DNA of 64,000 bases, taken from assembly GCA_029288725.1 (NCBI GenBank), contig JARIGS010000010.1, forward strand, positions 23,947-87,946, read 5' to 3'. The notes below the pieces were generated by a model. The model was not told where the DNA came from, made no database searches, and saw nothing but the letters and a program-made list of their open reading frames with translations. A program made the position numbers and the translations under genes. The stretch's first letter is position 1, and each line of letters begins with the position of its first letter. This stretch comes from Candidatus Nomurabacteria bacterium. Its GTDB lineage: Bacteria > Patescibacteriota > Minisyncoccia > Phycocordibacterales > UBA9973. Below, piece after piece: positions 27,528 to 38,093 of this stretch.

Positions 27528-28250
27528 ATGAACACTATAAAAATCACCCCCGCTATATTGCCTCAGACCTACCGAGGTATCGAAATTCCCGTTGAACGGG
27601 TACTTGGAGTTACCTCAGCAATCCAGATCGATTTTGTTGACGGTCATTTTGCGCCGAACAGAACCTGGTTATTCAACAACAAGGACGAGGAACGCATTCA
27701 GCAGATCTACGATCAGGAGCTCGGCATGCCATACTGGGAGGATGTGAACTATGAGTTTGATCTGATGGTGAAAGATCCCGTAGGACAGATGGAGCAATTC
27801 ATTGCCCTTGGTCCCTCAAAGGTTATTTTGCATGTTGAATCGCTTGAACAGGAAAGTGTGGTGGCATTTTTTGAAGGCCTGCCGGAAATCATTCGCAGTG
27901 CCGTCGCATTTGGAGTAGCACTTAATCTTGATACCGATCCAGCCCTGCTTGCACCGTACATTCCTTTTGTTGAAAGTGTGCAATGCATGGGCATTCGTAC
28001 AGTTGGCTACCAGGGACAGGCATTTGATCCTGCCGTGATTGAACAAATCAAAAAGGTCCGTGCATTGTATCCTGAAACATCTATCGCTGTTGATGGCGGC
28101 GTATCGCTTGATACTGCCACTGCTCTGGTCCATGCAGGTGCAACTGAGCTCGTTGTTGGGTCAGCGCTATTTCAGAATACCGACATACACGGTACAATGG
28201 AAGCATTCAGACAAGTATGCAGCAGCGCAATTTCACCACAAGGGAACTAG
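27528..28250 (+). CDS. rpe: ribulose-phosphate 3-epimerase
   Basis: ITPAILPQTY...IQIDFVDGHFAPN matches the Rpe signature. ATG at 27528. Confidence 0.75.
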   Translation: MNTIKITPAILPQTYRGIEIPVERVLGVTSAIQIDFVDGHFAPNRTWLFNNKDEERIQQIYDQELGMPYWEDVNYEFDLMVKDPVGQMEQFIALGPSKVILHVESLEQESVVAFFEGLPEIIRSAVAFGVALNLDTDPALLAPYIPFVESVQCMGIRTVGYQGQAFDPAVIEQIKKVRALYPETSIAVDGGVSLDTATALVHAGATELVVGSALFQNTDIHGTMEAFRQVCSSAISPQGN

Positions 28251-29083
28251 CACTCAAGGCAAACGACATTCGTCAGTCGATTATTTCTATGCTCCTCGAA
28301 GCGGGAAGCGGACATACGGCCGGACCACTCGGCATGGCCGATGTCTTCACTGCTCTCTACTTCGATCTTTTGCGTCATGACCCTGAACGACCAGACTGGC
28401 CTGAACGTGATCGGCTCGTACTTTCAAATGGTCATATCTGTCCCGTGCTGTATGCCGCAATGGCGCATAGCGGGTACTTTCCGGTAGAGGAATTGCTGAC
28501 TCTCCGCAAATGGGGTTCACGATTGCAGGGTCATCCGCACCGCGACTTTTTGCCCTATCTCGAAAACTCTTCTGGACCGCTTGGATCCGGCCTGTCACAG
28601 GCAGTCGGCATGGCTATCGCTGACCGCATGGATAACGGCGTGGCAACACCGCGTACGATATATTGCTTATTGGGTGATGGAGAATTGGACGAGGGTAATA
28701 ACTGGGAAGCGGTAATGCTTGGCGGGAAGGAAAAATTGCACAATCTATTGGCAATCGTTGATCGTAACAACATTCAAATCGATGGCTACACTGAAGACAT
28801 CATGCCATTGGATTCACTGACCAAGAAATGGGAAAGCTTCAACTGGCATGTCCAGGAAATTGATGGTAACAATATCCAGGAAATCATTGATGCCGTTCAC
28901 ACTGCCAAGGCGGTGTTTGAAAAGCCGTCGGTCATTATTGCACGCACTATTCCGGGCAAGGGCGTGAAGGAATTTGAGCGTAAGTTTGAGTGGCATGGCA
29001 AGGCACCGAACAAGGAGGAAGCGGCGATGGCATTGGCAGAATTGCGCACCTGGGGCGGAAAGATTAGGAGTGAACACCAATAG
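28217..29083 (+). CDS. transketolase, N-terminal (TPP-binding) subunit
   Basis: GSGHTAGPLGMADVFTALYF...GDGELDEGNNWEA. Confidence 0.9.
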   Translation: MQQRNFTTRELALKANDIRQSIISMLLEAGSGHTAGPLGMADVFTALYFDLLRHDPERPDWPERDRLVLSNGHICPVLYAAMAHSGYFPVEELLTLRKWGSRLQGHPHRDFLPYLENSSGPLGSGLSQAVGMAIADRMDNGVATPRTIYCLLGDGELDEGNNWEAVMLGGKEKLHNLLAIVDRNNIQIDGYTEDIMPLDSLTKKWESFNWHVQEIDGNNIQEIIDAVHTAKAVFEKPSVIIARTIPGKGVKEFERKFEWHGKAPNKEEAAMALAELRTWGGKIRSEHQ

Positions 29084-29086
29084 GCT

Positions 29087-30088
29087 ATGTTATATCCAGA
29101 CGCAAAACTCAATACAAAAATTTTCAATGATGATGTCGAGCAAGTACCGATTCGCAAGGGCTTTGGCGAGGGCTTGGTGATGGCAGGGGAAACTAATAAG
29201 GACATTGTGGCGCTCTGTGCTGACCTGACGGAATCCACCCAGATGCATTTCTTCAAGGCAAAGTTTCCTGAACGGTTTGTTGAGATTGGTGTGGCTGAGC
29301 AAAACTTGGCTGGCGTGTCGTCTGGCATGGCAGCGATGGGCAAGTATCCGTTCTTTTCCTCATATGCAATGTTTAGTCCCGGCAGAAACTGGGAACAAAT
29401 TCGCACCACGATTTGTTATAACGATCGTCCTGCCGTAATTGTCGGTAGTCATGCCGGTGTGTCCGTAGGACCTGATGGGGGGACGCATCAGGCCATCGAA
29501 GACATCGCCATCACTCGTGTCTTGCCCCGCATGACTGTTATCTCACCCTGCGATGCCATTCAGGCCAAGAAGGCAACTCTCGCATTGTCAGCCAATCCTC
29601 GCATTGCATACCTACGCTTAGCTCGCGAGAAAACACCGATCATTACAACGGAAGACACACCATTTGAAATCGGCAAAGGGCAAATCTTTTATCGCCCTGA
29701 TGGCTTGGCACAAGTCGCCATTGTTGCGACAGGCGCATTAGTCGCCCATGCATTGCGTGCCGCCAAGGATTTGGAAAAGAAAGGCATCAAGGTTATCGTT
29801 GCCAATATTCATACTATTAAACCAATTGATGCAGAACTGTTAGTGCAGCTTGCAAAAGAAACGAAAGCGATTGTTTCGGTGGAGGAACATCAGATTGCCG
29901 GCGGTCTCGGTAGTGCTATTGCTGAAACACTCGTAAAGGAATACCCGGTCGCAATGGAATTCATCGGCGTGAAGGATCACTTCGGCCAGTCCGGTACACC
30001 ACAAGAGCTCATAAAAAAATACGGTATGGACCAGGATGCTATCATTGCGGCGGTCATGAAAATTTTAGAAAGGAAGCCTACTGTTTAA
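29087..30088 (+). CDS. transketolase, C-terminal (Pyr + C-terminal domain) subunit
   Basis: separate ORF 3 nt after the N-terminal subunit; VAEQNLAGVSSGMA...GGLGSAIAE. Confidence 0.9.
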   Translation: MLYPDAKLNTKIFNDDVEQVPIRKGFGEGLVMAGETNKDIVALCADLTESTQMHFFKAKFPERFVEIGVAEQNLAGVSSGMAAMGKYPFFSSYAMFSPGRNWEQIRTTICYNDRPAVIVGSHAGVSVGPDGGTHQAIEDIAITRVLPRMTVISPCDAIQAKKATLALSANPRIAYLRLAREKTPIITTEDTPFEIGKGQIFYRPDGLAQVAIVATGALVAHALRAAKDLEKKGIKVIVANIHTIKPIDAELLVQLAKETKAIVSVEEHQIAGGLGSAIAETLVKEYPVAMEFIGVKDHFGQSGTPQELIKKYGMDQDAIIAAVMKILERKPTV

Positions 30089-30221
30089 AAAACAATATAT
30101 TATTAGGCACAAAGGCAAAACGTTTCCGGTGCACAAAACGCGAGGCCGAAGATGAGCTAATCTTTTCCCGCCTGCTTGCCAGGGAAAAATTAGGTCATCG
30201 GAGCAATACACCACAGACTGC

Positions 30222-31256
30222 CTACATCATAATTGTTGGTTGATAGTTTGCCGGAGCATTAGCAAGATATTGCTCCAATGAATCCTTCGTGAGCAAACCT
30301 TTCTGAGCGCCAACAAATTGGACCACTGACATTGAATTTATCGGACCCCAGCGTAATGCCTCGGTGATTGATTTGCCCATCAGTAATGCAACTGAAACGC
30401 TGGATGAAAATGCATCACCGGCACCCGTACGTTCATAAGGTTCATGAGGATAGACTGGCATGAACCAAATCGTTGTACCGTCTGAAGCATATGCCCCATT
30501 GATACTATCGGTGACGAACACCAACTTTGGTCCCAATACATGCAGTTTTTGCATCAGTGCCTTAATGTGTGCAGAAAATTCTGCCTGCCCTGAGCCTGCC
30601 GAATGGGTTGCCGGTCGCTCAATCTGAGTAATCAGTTCTGCCTCTTCTACATTGCAGAAAAACGCATAGGTATTGGCATAGATATCCTTCAATACTTCCG
30701 TACCCAATTTCATTTGAAATGTTCCTGGCTGAAACACTACTTTCATATCAGGGTTCTTTTTGATGAATTCGGCAATATCGTGATGGTATTGTTCACTGTG
30801 CGCGGCGATTGATGAAAGGTAGATCATCTTTGGCGCAACGGGAATATTGGGCATGATCAATGGATATGCCTCGTGCTTGATCAAAAGGGTGCGATCAACA
30901 CCATGCCAGAGGGCGTAGTGGTAGTTGGTCGGAATGCCTTCATGAGAAAAGACATAGTGAGTGCCGACATTGTTTTTGATTAATTCATCGATACAGCCCT
31001 GTCCATTGAGATCCTTACCGACATGTGACAGTAGCGCGCTCTTAAGCCCCAAGCGTGCCGCAGCAACAGCAGCATTGGCACTGTTACCAACAGCACGAAC
31101 TTCTTCTACTGATTCGAAAGGAATCTTCTCACCGTAGCGAAAACAAAGCAGGGGATGAGCACCGTTAGCGTCAGTTTTAATTTCAGCATCGTCAATTTTA
31201 ATAAAAGCGTCAGTCACCATGTCGCCAATGGCGAGAAAGTCTAATTGGTCATTCAT
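30222..31256 (-). CDS. PfkB-family carbohydrate kinase (ribokinase-like)
   Basis: C-terminal TGAGDAF motif; ribokinase-like fold. Confidence 0.85.
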   Translation of the reverse strand: MNDQLDFLAIGDMVTDAFIKIDDAEIKTDANGAHPLLCFRYGEKIPFESVEEVRAVGNSANAAVAAARLGLKSALLSHVGKDLNGQGCIDELIKNNVGTHYVFSHEGIPTNYHYALWHGVDRTLLIKHEAYPLIMPNIPVAPKMIYLSSIAAHSEQYHHDIAEFIKKNPDMKVVFQPGTFQMKLGTEVLKDIYANTYAFFCNVEEAELITQIERPATHSAGSGQAEFSAHIKALMQKLHVLGPKLVFVTDSINGAYASDGTTIWFMPVYPHEPYERTGAGDAFSSSVSVALLMGKSITEALRWGPINSMSVVQFVGAQKGLLTKDSLEQYLANAPANYQPTIMM

Positions 31257-31388
31257 AGCGTAAGTATAGTAAATAAGAGGAGTTTAATGCCATTGACTTT
31301 TTATTAATTTAATGATATAATGATAATGTAGCAATGTTGTTACAACTGACTAAGCAGTTTCTTAGGGTACAACAAAAACTTAATATTT

Positions 31389-31673
31389 ATGAGCACAATG
31401 ACAAATGTTCAGGGGGCTATTGCTCAAGCCAAGCTGAACAGAAGAGTTTTTCGCGATTTAAATTCTGCCTACAAGGATATGCTGCCATTATGGAGCGAGG
31501 AAGAAGTTGAATCATTTATCAAAGAGAACGGCCTAACCTTAGAACAGCTTATTGAGGAAATGCAAAGTTTCTTACAAATTGCAGTTGATAGTGCTTTGGT
31601 AAAAATCAAAGAAAAACAGCAAAAAGATTTAGAAAATTATTTAAAAAAGAGACAAAGAGCGGATAAAAAATAA
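31389..31673 (+). CDS. hypothetical protein
   Basis: ORF only. Confidence 0.35.
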   Translation: MSTMTNVQGAIAQAKLNRRVFRDLNSAYKDMLPLWSEEEVESFIKENGLTLEQLIEEMQSFLQIAVDSALVKIKEKQQKDLENYLKKRQRADKK

Positions 31674-31736
31674 TCAGCACGCTTTCCAATGGCCTCGGTA
31701 ATATACCGAGGCCTATTTTTTTGCTACAATCACTGT

Positions 31737-32603
31737 ATGAATACCCTGAAGGAATATCTCGCCCAGGCTCGAACAGAAAAGAAGGCAATTGGCCACTTTA
31801 ATTTTGCCAATATCGAAGGATTGTATGCCATTGCGCGGGCAGCCAAGACATTGGGTGTGCCGGTAATTGTGGGAACTGCCGAAGGGGAAGAAGAAGCAGT
31901 AGGAACGAAGGCTGCGGTGGCATTGGTCAAAATCATTCGTGAGGACTGGCAGATTCCAATATTTTTGAACGCCGATCACCACTATAGCTTTGCGACAGTA
32001 AAGGCCTGCATTGATGCCGGCTATGATAGCGTGATCTATGACGGGGCAAAGCAGACATTCGAAGAGAATGTTGCCATCTCAAAGCAGTGCGTTGAGTATG
32101 CGCGACAAGTCAGCATGCAAATGGGGAGAGAAATTTTGGTGGAGGTAGAACTGGGCTACATTGGGCAGGGTTCACAATTGCGTGACACCATTCCCGAAGG
32201 CATCGCTGCCATCACCAGCCCTGAAGAGGCGAAACTATTCCTTGAGCAAACTGGTGCTGATGCATTGGCTCCAGCGGTTGGCAATTTCCACGGCATGCTC
32301 AAGCAGGGTGACAAGCCACGCTTAAATATTGACTGCATCAAGGGCATTGCGGCGATTACTGACAAACCATTGGTACTCCACGGCGGTTCTGGTGAGGAAG
32401 CGGACTTCGCGGCCGCTATCGACGCCGGTATCAACATCATTCATGTGAATACCGAACTCCGTCGGGCGTATACTTCTACACTGAAAACGTACCTCGACCA
32501 ACATCCTGACGAAATAGCCCCTTACAAGTACTCTGCGCCTGCCTCACTTGCAATGGAAGCAGTCGTGACTGAGAAATTGAAAATCTTTAACCGCATGCAA
32601 TAA
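31737..32603 (+). CDS. fba: class II fructose/tagatose-bisphosphate aldolase
   Basis: GHFNFANIEG...NADHH...LHGGSG. Confidence 0.9.
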   Translation: MNTLKEYLAQARTEKKAIGHFNFANIEGLYAIARAAKTLGVPVIVGTAEGEEEAVGTKAAVALVKIIREDWQIPIFLNADHHYSFATVKACIDAGYDSVIYDGAKQTFEENVAISKQCVEYARQVSMQMGREILVEVELGYIGQGSQLRDTIPEGIAAITSPEEAKLFLEQTGADALAPAVGNFHGMLKQGDKPRLNIDCIKGIAAITDKPLVLHGGSGEEADFAAAIDAGINIIHVNTELRRAYTSTLKTYLDQHPDEIAPYKYSAPASLAMEAVVTEKLKIFNRMQ

Positions 32604-32604
32604 C

Positions 32605-34269
32605 ATGCTTAACGTCTCAGACTTACAAAAAAATGTGAACGGGGAAGTGATGGCCGATGAGCCAACGCTGGTGAAGTATTCGCGTGATGCGAGTTTGTTT
32701 GAGGTGCGACCAGAAGGAGTGGTGTTTCCACGCGATGCCGCCGATGTTGAGGCGGTGGTGAAATACGTTGTTGCTCATAAGGCGCAGGATCCGACACTGT
32801 CGATCACTGCGCGTTCTGCCGGCACTGACATGTCCGGTGGTCCGCTGAATGAAAGTATCATCATGGATTTCACGAAGTACATGGGTGCGCTTATTTCCGT
32901 TGATGAGCAGAAGGGCATTGCCCAGCCTGGTTTGTACTATCGTGATTTTGAAAAGGCGACGCTGAAGCTTAATCGCATCTTGCCTTCATACACTGCCTCA
33001 AAGGAACTCAATACCGTTGGTGGCATGAATGCCAATAACTCCGGTGGTGAGAAGTCGATCAAGTATGGCAAGACCGAGCGCTATGTCTTGCGACAGAAAG
33101 TCGTATTGTCTGACGGCAATGAATATGAGATCAAGCCACTGACTATGGCGCAGCTCGCAGTGAAAATGCAGGAAACAACGTTTGAAGGGAAACTCTACAA
33201 ACAGGTCTATGATTTGATCGACATGCACTATGACGAAATCATGGCAGCCAAGCCAGCGGTCACCAAAAACTCTGCCGGGTACTATCTCTGGAATGTCTGG
33301 GACAAGGAAAAGGGTATCTTTGATTTGAATAAGCTAATTTGCGGCTCACAAGGAACATTGGCGCTGACGACAGAAGTTGAGCTTGGTCTCGTGCCAGTGC
33401 CGAAGTTTTCAAAAATGGTCGTGATGTATCTGCCGACCATTGCTCGTCTTGGTGAGGTAGTGGATGAGGTCATGAAATACAATCCTGAAAGTTTCGAGTC
33501 CTACGATGACTACAGTATGAAGCTGGCAATTAAGTTCTCATTTGATTTCTTCAGTCAGCTTGGTTTTTGGGGCGCACTCAAGTTAGGTATCCAATTTATT
33601 CCTGACCTTTTGCGGGTCATTGTTGGCGGCGTACCGAAACTTATTCTGATGGCTGAAGTGACTGGTGATGACGAGCAGGAAGTATTGTCTCGGGCAGAAG
33701 CGATTAAAAAGGCAGTGAAGCATTTTAAATACCAAACCCATGTTGCGCGCAGCGCAGCGGAAGTGGAGAAGTACTGGAAGATTCGTCGTGAGAGCTTCAA
33801 TCTTCTCCGCAAGCATGTCAAAGGCAAGCAGACCGCACCATTCATCGATGACATCATCGTCAATCCGCATCAGATGCCGGAATTCCTTCCCAAGCTTCAG
33901 ACCATTCTCGATCAGTACAAGCTGATCTATACCATTGCCGGCCATGCTGGAAATGGCAATTTCCACATCATTCCTTTGATGGACCTCAATAATCCCATTT
34001 CCAGCGACATCATTTTGGAGCTCTCCAAGAAGGTCTATCAGCTCGTTGCCGACTATCACGGTTCCATTACCGCCGAGCACAATGACGGCATTATCCGCAC
34101 GCCATTTCTCTCTTATATGTACAAACCTGACATCATTCAGTATTTCGCCAAGATCAAGGCCATCTTTGACCCGCTCAATATCTTCAATCCTGGTAAGAAA
34201 GTCGGCGGCTCCTTTGATTACATCAAGTCCCATTTGGTCCAATCCCACACAGCAGAACACGGTTCATAG
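32605..34269 (+). CDS. FAD-binding (PCMH-type) oxidoreductase, GlcD/FAD-linked oxidase family
   Basis: ARSAGTDMSGGPLNES FAD-binding-4 signature, C-terminal oxidase domain. Confidence 0.8.
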   Translation: MLNVSDLQKNVNGEVMADEPTLVKYSRDASLFEVRPEGVVFPRDAADVEAVVKYVVAHKAQDPTLSITARSAGTDMSGGPLNESIIMDFTKYMGALISVDEQKGIAQPGLYYRDFEKATLKLNRILPSYTASKELNTVGGMNANNSGGEKSIKYGKTERYVLRQKVVLSDGNEYEIKPLTMAQLAVKMQETTFEGKLYKQVYDLIDMHYDEIMAAKPAVTKNSAGYYLWNVWDKEKGIFDLNKLICGSQGTLALTTEVELGLVPVPKFSKMVVMYLPTIARLGEVVDEVMKYNPESFESYDDYSMKLAIKFSFDFFSQLGFWGALKLGIQFIPDLLRVIVGGVPKLILMAEVTGDDEQEVLSRAEAIKKAVKHFKYQTHVARSAAEVEKYWKIRRESFNLLRKHVKGKQTAPFIDDIIVNPHQMPEFLPKLQTILDQYKLIYTIAGHAGNGNFHIIPLMDLNNPISSDIILELSKKVYQLVADYHGSITAEHNDGIIRTPFLSYMYKPDIIQYFAKIKAIFDPLNIFNPGKKVGGSFDYIKSHLVQSHTAEHGS

Positions 34270-34328
34270 CATTGCAAGGCCCGCTCTCCAGGTTGCATAA
34301 TTTCGATTTTTCAGTATACTAATGGCCT

Positions 34329-34946
34329 ATGATTACCCTAGAAGCAACACAGCGCACTGGCACTCCGGAAGCTCTTCGCGCGCAGGAAATGATCCCGGCA
34401 GTATATTACGGCGCAGGCAAGGATGCGGTTTCAATCGCTATTCCTGCAAAGGCATTTGCCAAGGTATACAAGGAAGCAGGAGAAACTACTGCGGTGACCC
34501 TTACTATCGGCGGTGAGAAGATCAGTACGATCATTCACGACCTTCAGCACAATCACATCACTGGTGAAGTGACGCACGTAGACTTCCTCATCATCGACAT
34601 GAAGAAGGAAATCGAAGTTGCTGTTCCACTTGAATTCGTTGGCGAAGCAGAGGCGGAAAAGAACGGTCTTGGTAATGCAGTAAAGGCATTGCACGAAGTC
34701 CATGTTTCAGCCCTTCCTGCAAACCTTCCTCACTCTATCGAAGTTGATATTAGTGGCCTCGCTACTCTTGAGGACCAGATCCACGTGAAGGATATCAAGC
34801 TCCCTCATGGCGTGACCATGGTGACTGATGGCGATGAAGTGATCGTCTCAATGGCGGCATTCGTTGAAGAAAAGGAAGAAGCACCAGTGCTTGACCTCGA
34901 TGCAATCGAAGTAGAAAAGAAAGGAAAGACAGAAGACGAGGAATAA
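34329..34946 (+). CDS. rplY: 50S ribosomal protein L25 / general stress protein Ctc
   Basis: MITLEATQRTGTPEALRAQEMIPAVYYG... Confidence 0.9.
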   Translation: MITLEATQRTGTPEALRAQEMIPAVYYGAGKDAVSIAIPAKAFAKVYKEAGETTAVTLTIGGEKISTIIHDLQHNHITGEVTHVDFLIIDMKKEIEVAVPLEFVGEAEAEKNGLGNAVKALHEVHVSALPANLPHSIEVDISGLATLEDQIHVKDIKLPHGVTMVTDGDEVIVSMAAFVEEKEEAPVLDLDAIEVEKKGKTEDEE

Positions 34947-35006
34947 CAACTTTCGTCAATAGATTTTCACGTAAGACTCCTGGTATACTAGGAGTCTTAT
35001 TGTTAT

Positions 35007-36398
35007 ATGTCGAAACGATTCAAAAAAATAAGCGCGTTCTTCCTGAGTTTGTTGCTTCCTCTGACATTTGCCACTTCACTGCTCCTTCCGACCGATACCG
35101 ATGCCCAAAGCACCACTCCTGCTGTTTGTACTAATCCAAGCAACTCCGATATTGCCCAGGCATGTGCCGATTATGCAGCCGAAAACAAAGTGTTGGCTCA
35201 ATTGCAGTCCCAGCTTGCTGCCCAGAAGGCAAAAAGCGGTACCTTGCAGAAAAACGTAAACGCTTTGGTTTCTCAAATTGCCAGTACCCAATCCAAAATC
35301 TCGGCTGAAATCAGCACCATCAATACGTTGAGTTTGGAAATTGGCCAAAAGCAAAAGGCCATTACTGATCTGAACTCAGAACTTGACCGTCAGCATGCCT
35401 CAATGGCTCAGCTTATTACCCGTACCGATGAGTTGGACCAAAAGGGTGCGGAATACGTGCTCCTTAGTGCCGATTCCATTTCCACCTTCTACAAGGACCT
35501 TGATGACTTTTTCTCCATTAAGCAGTCTCTCTATGGTGCGCTGACACGGGTGAAGCAAATTCGCAGTGTGACCGAAACCCAGGAACAGGAATTGCAGGAC
35601 AAGCAGTCCCAGGCCCTTGATGCCAAGGACGCATTGCAGAGTCAGAAAAACCAGCTCGCTACCTCGCAAAAGCAGGCTCAGCAGCTGCTCAATAGTAGTA
35701 AGTCCGCAGAACAGCAGCAGGCCGCACTGGTTTCTGAAGAGCAGAAGAAGGTGGCGGCAATTCAGAGCAAGCTCTTCAGCTTTGCCGGTGGTGGAACCAG
35801 TGCTATTCCATTTAGTCAGGCCTATGCCTATGCAACTACGGCAGCCAATGCGACCGGTGTTCGTGCCGCATTTATCCTGGCAATCCTAACGCAGGAATCC
35901 AGTCTTGGTAAAAACGTCGGTACTTGTAACCGTGCCGGTGATCCACCTTCCAAGAGCTATGTGAACGTTATGAATCCAACTCGTGACCAGCCAGCATTCT
36001 TGCGTATTACGTCTGCATTGGGACTCAATCCCAATACCACACCAGTGTCCTGTCCGATCGGTGGCAGTGGATGGGGAGGTGCCATGGGCCCAGCCCAGTT
36101 TATCCCTTCAACATGGGAACTGATTGCACCACAGGTTGCCAGTGCGTTGGGCAAAAGTGCGGCTAATCCATGGTCTGCCCAGGATGCCATTATGGCTTCC
36201 GCTATCTACCTCAAGGGACGCGGTGCTACGGGCGGAGAGACTAATGAGCGTAATGCGGCTTGTAAATACTACTCAGGACGTTCCTGTGATGGAAAATCAC
36301 CGCCAAACAGCTTCTACGGTAATAGCGTAATGTCATTGGCTCGTAGCATTCAGGCAGATATTGACTATTTGGTCCAATATGGTGTTTCGAGACGCTAA
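35007..36398 (+). CDS. secreted coiled-coil protein with C-terminal lytic-transglycosylase-like domain
   Basis: Signal peptide, long Q/A-rich coiled coil, C-terminal QESSLG...GPAQFIPSTW (SLT-like E...S...GxxQFxxxTW). Confidence 0.55.
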   Translation: MSKRFKKISAFFLSLLLPLTFATSLLLPTDTDAQSTTPAVCTNPSNSDIAQACADYAAENKVLAQLQSQLAAQKAKSGTLQKNVNALVSQIASTQSKISAEISTINTLSLEIGQKQKAITDLNSELDRQHASMAQLITRTDELDQKGAEYVLLSADSISTFYKDLDDFFSIKQSLYGALTRVKQIRSVTETQEQELQDKQSQALDAKDALQSQKNQLATSQKQAQQLLNSSKSAEQQQAALVSEEQKKVAAIQSKLFSFAGGGTSAIPFSQAYAYATTAANATGVRAAFILAILTQESSLGKNVGTCNRAGDPPSKSYVNVMNPTRDQPAFLRITSALGLNPNTTPVSCPIGGSGWGGAMGPAQFIPSTWELIAPQVASALGKSAANPWSAQDAIMASAIYLKGRGATGGETNERNAACKYYSGRSCDGKSPPNSFYGNSVMSLARSIQADIDYLVQYGVSRR

Positions 36399-36456
36399 TA
36401 TTCCTTATATTCCAGGCTCTTGAACTCTAGGAGAAGTATGCTACAATAGACCAGCT

Positions 36457-36708
36457 ATGAAAAAAGACATCCATCCAAAGAACTTCCGCGACGTGGTATT
36501 TCACGACAACTCTTCAGACACCGAGTTCGTGATTGCTTCAACCGTGAAGACCACTGAAACTACCACCAAGGACGGTAAGGAATACCCTATGTTCCGCGTG
36601 GAAATCTCAAGTGCGTCACACCCGTTCTACACTGGTAACGAAAAGGTGATCGATACTGCTGGACGCGTAGATCGCTTCAAGCGCCGTGCTGCTTCTGCAA
36701 AGAAGTAA
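36457..36708 (+). CDS. rpmE: 50S ribosomal protein L31
   Basis: MKKDIHPK...HPFYTG. Confidence 0.9.
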   Translation: MKKDIHPKNFRDVVFHDNSSDTEFVIASTVKTTETTTKDGKEYPMFRVEISSASHPFYTGNEKVIDTAGRVDRFKRRAASAKK

Positions 36709-36725
36709 AGTACATACGAAGCTCA

Positions 36726-36819
36726 ACAAAACATCCCCTCTCGCAAGACGCATAATTTTCTGCTGAAAATTTGCTCGGTCTCGGGCCAGCCCTGCGAGGC
36801 ATGCTCGAGAGGTGTTTTG
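36726..36819. repeat. 94-nt intergenic repeat, copy 2
   Basis: see 20224..20317. Confidence 0.6.
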
Positions 36820-36839
36820 TATCGCTTCGAAAGCGCTCC

Positions 36840-37781
36840 ATGATCAATATTGATGAGTTAAAAAAGAATCATAAGACCCAATACCTCGCTGAACAGTACG
36901 AGCGTCTTTTGCGTCAGGAGGAGGAGACACAGGCACTGATCGCAACTGACCCTTCTATGAAAGACATGGCTGATGATGAATTAGCGGCTATTGCCATTCA
37001 GAAGACTGCAATTGAGGAACAGCTTGCCGCTATCGAAGCATCTGAAAAGGAAGAGGAGGAATTTCCTAATGAAATCATTTTGGAAGCCCGTGCCGGTGCT
37101 GGTGGGGACGAGGCATTTCTCTTTGCCCAGCAATTGCTCGATATGTACTGTCGTTTTGCAGAATCCCGTGGCTGGCAGTGGAAGCCCATCGATGACCTGA
37201 CCGTTGAAATAAAGGGGAAGGACGTATATCGTTTGTTACGTTTTGAAACAGGGGTGCATCGCGTGCAGCGTGTGCCGGTAACGGAAAAGAATGGCCGCAT
37301 TCATACTTCAACAGCATCGATTGCTATCCTGCCTATTAAGAAAAAGGTGACATTTGTCATCAATCCTGCAGATTTGGATATGGAATATTCCCGTTCCGGT
37401 GGGGCAGGGGGGCAGAACGTCAACAAGGTGGAAACCGCCGTACGCTTGATCCACAAGCCAACGGGTATCGATGTCCGCTCTACTAGCGAACGTAGTCAGT
37501 TAGCCAACCGTGAAAAGGCCTTGACCATTCTGACGGCGAAGCTCCAGCAGATGAAGGAAGAGGAGGAAGCGGCAAAGTATGCCGGTGATCGTAAAAATCA
37601 GATCGGTACCGCTGATCGCAGTGAGAAGATCCGCACCTATAACTTCCCCCAGGACCGCGTGACCGATCACCGTATCCGTCAGAACTTCTCAAACCTGGAA
37701 GGCATTATGGCCGGCAAAATCGATAAGATTATCGATGCACTGCAGGCAGGGGAAATGGGAGAGGCGAGTGACGACGAATAG
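36840..37781 (+). CDS. prfA: peptide chain release factor 1
   Basis: [18 protein letters not shown] (GGQ), PxT-type N-terminal region. Start at MINIDELKK; the ORF-track extension is a TTG inside the repeat. Confidence 0.95.
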   Translation: MINIDELKKNHKTQYLAEQYERLLRQEEETQALIATDPSMKDMADDELAAIAIQKTAIEEQLAAIEASEKEEEEFPNEIILEARAGAGGDEAFLFAQQLLDMYCRFAESRGWQWKPIDDLTVEIKGKDVYRLLRFETGVHRVQRVPVTEKNGRIHTSTASIAILPIKKKVTFVINPADLDMEYSRSGGAGGQNVNKVETAVRLIHKPTGIDVRSTSERSQLANREKALTILTAKLQQMKEEEEAAKYAGDRKNQIGTADRSEKIRTYNFPQDRVTDHRIRQNFSNLEGIMAGKIDKIIDALQAGEMGEASDDE

Positions 37782-37899
37782 TTGAAAATATCTCAAAATT
37801 TGGTATAGTAATCCAGCGAAGGTCCGCCTTCGCTAAAGCTACGAGCGCGATAAAACGTGCATCGCAGCGCCGAAGTTCTGAATGAAATGAAGAACGAAG

Positions 37900-37971
37900 G
37901 CGTGTATAGTTCAGTGGTAGAACGCTGTCCTGATAAGACAGAGGTCCTTGGTCCGATTCCAAGTACACGCA
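37900..37971 (+). tRNA. tRNA-Ile (anticodon GAU), no encoded CCA
   Basis: GCGTGTATAGTTCAGTGGTAGAACGCTGTCCTGATAAGACAGAGGTCCTTGGTCCGATTCCAAGTACACGCA; perfect 7-bp acceptor stem, anticodon loop CTGATAA. Confidence 0.85.
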
Positions 37972-38013
37972 CAAAGACAAAGGCCCCGCACACGTGCGGG
38001 GCCTTTGTCTTTG
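37972..38013 (+). terminator. 20-bp perfect hairpin (CAAAGACAAAGGCCCCGCAC/GTGCGGGGCCTTTGTCTTTG) immediately after tRNA-Ile
   Basis: read directly. Confidence 0.6.
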
Positions 38014-38093
38014 TGCGTATCCCTCTATTGTTTATTGTTATTTACAATATATAAATCTTATGGTATTAAGAAGAAAAAAGCAGGAGGTATATA

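Noticed and set aside
33583-34260. Long antisense ORFs inside confident genes (e.g. 33583-34260, 52529-53167, 28897-29409, 54284-54727, 12303-12692, 579-830)
   Set aside because: They are fully embedded opposite well-supported coding regions with strong family motifs. No independent signals, so they are treated as non-coding.
37857-38054. ORF-track CDS (65 aa, +)
   Set aside because: It is fully explained by tRNA-Ile (37900-37971) and the 20-bp terminator hairpin. The ORF is an artefact.
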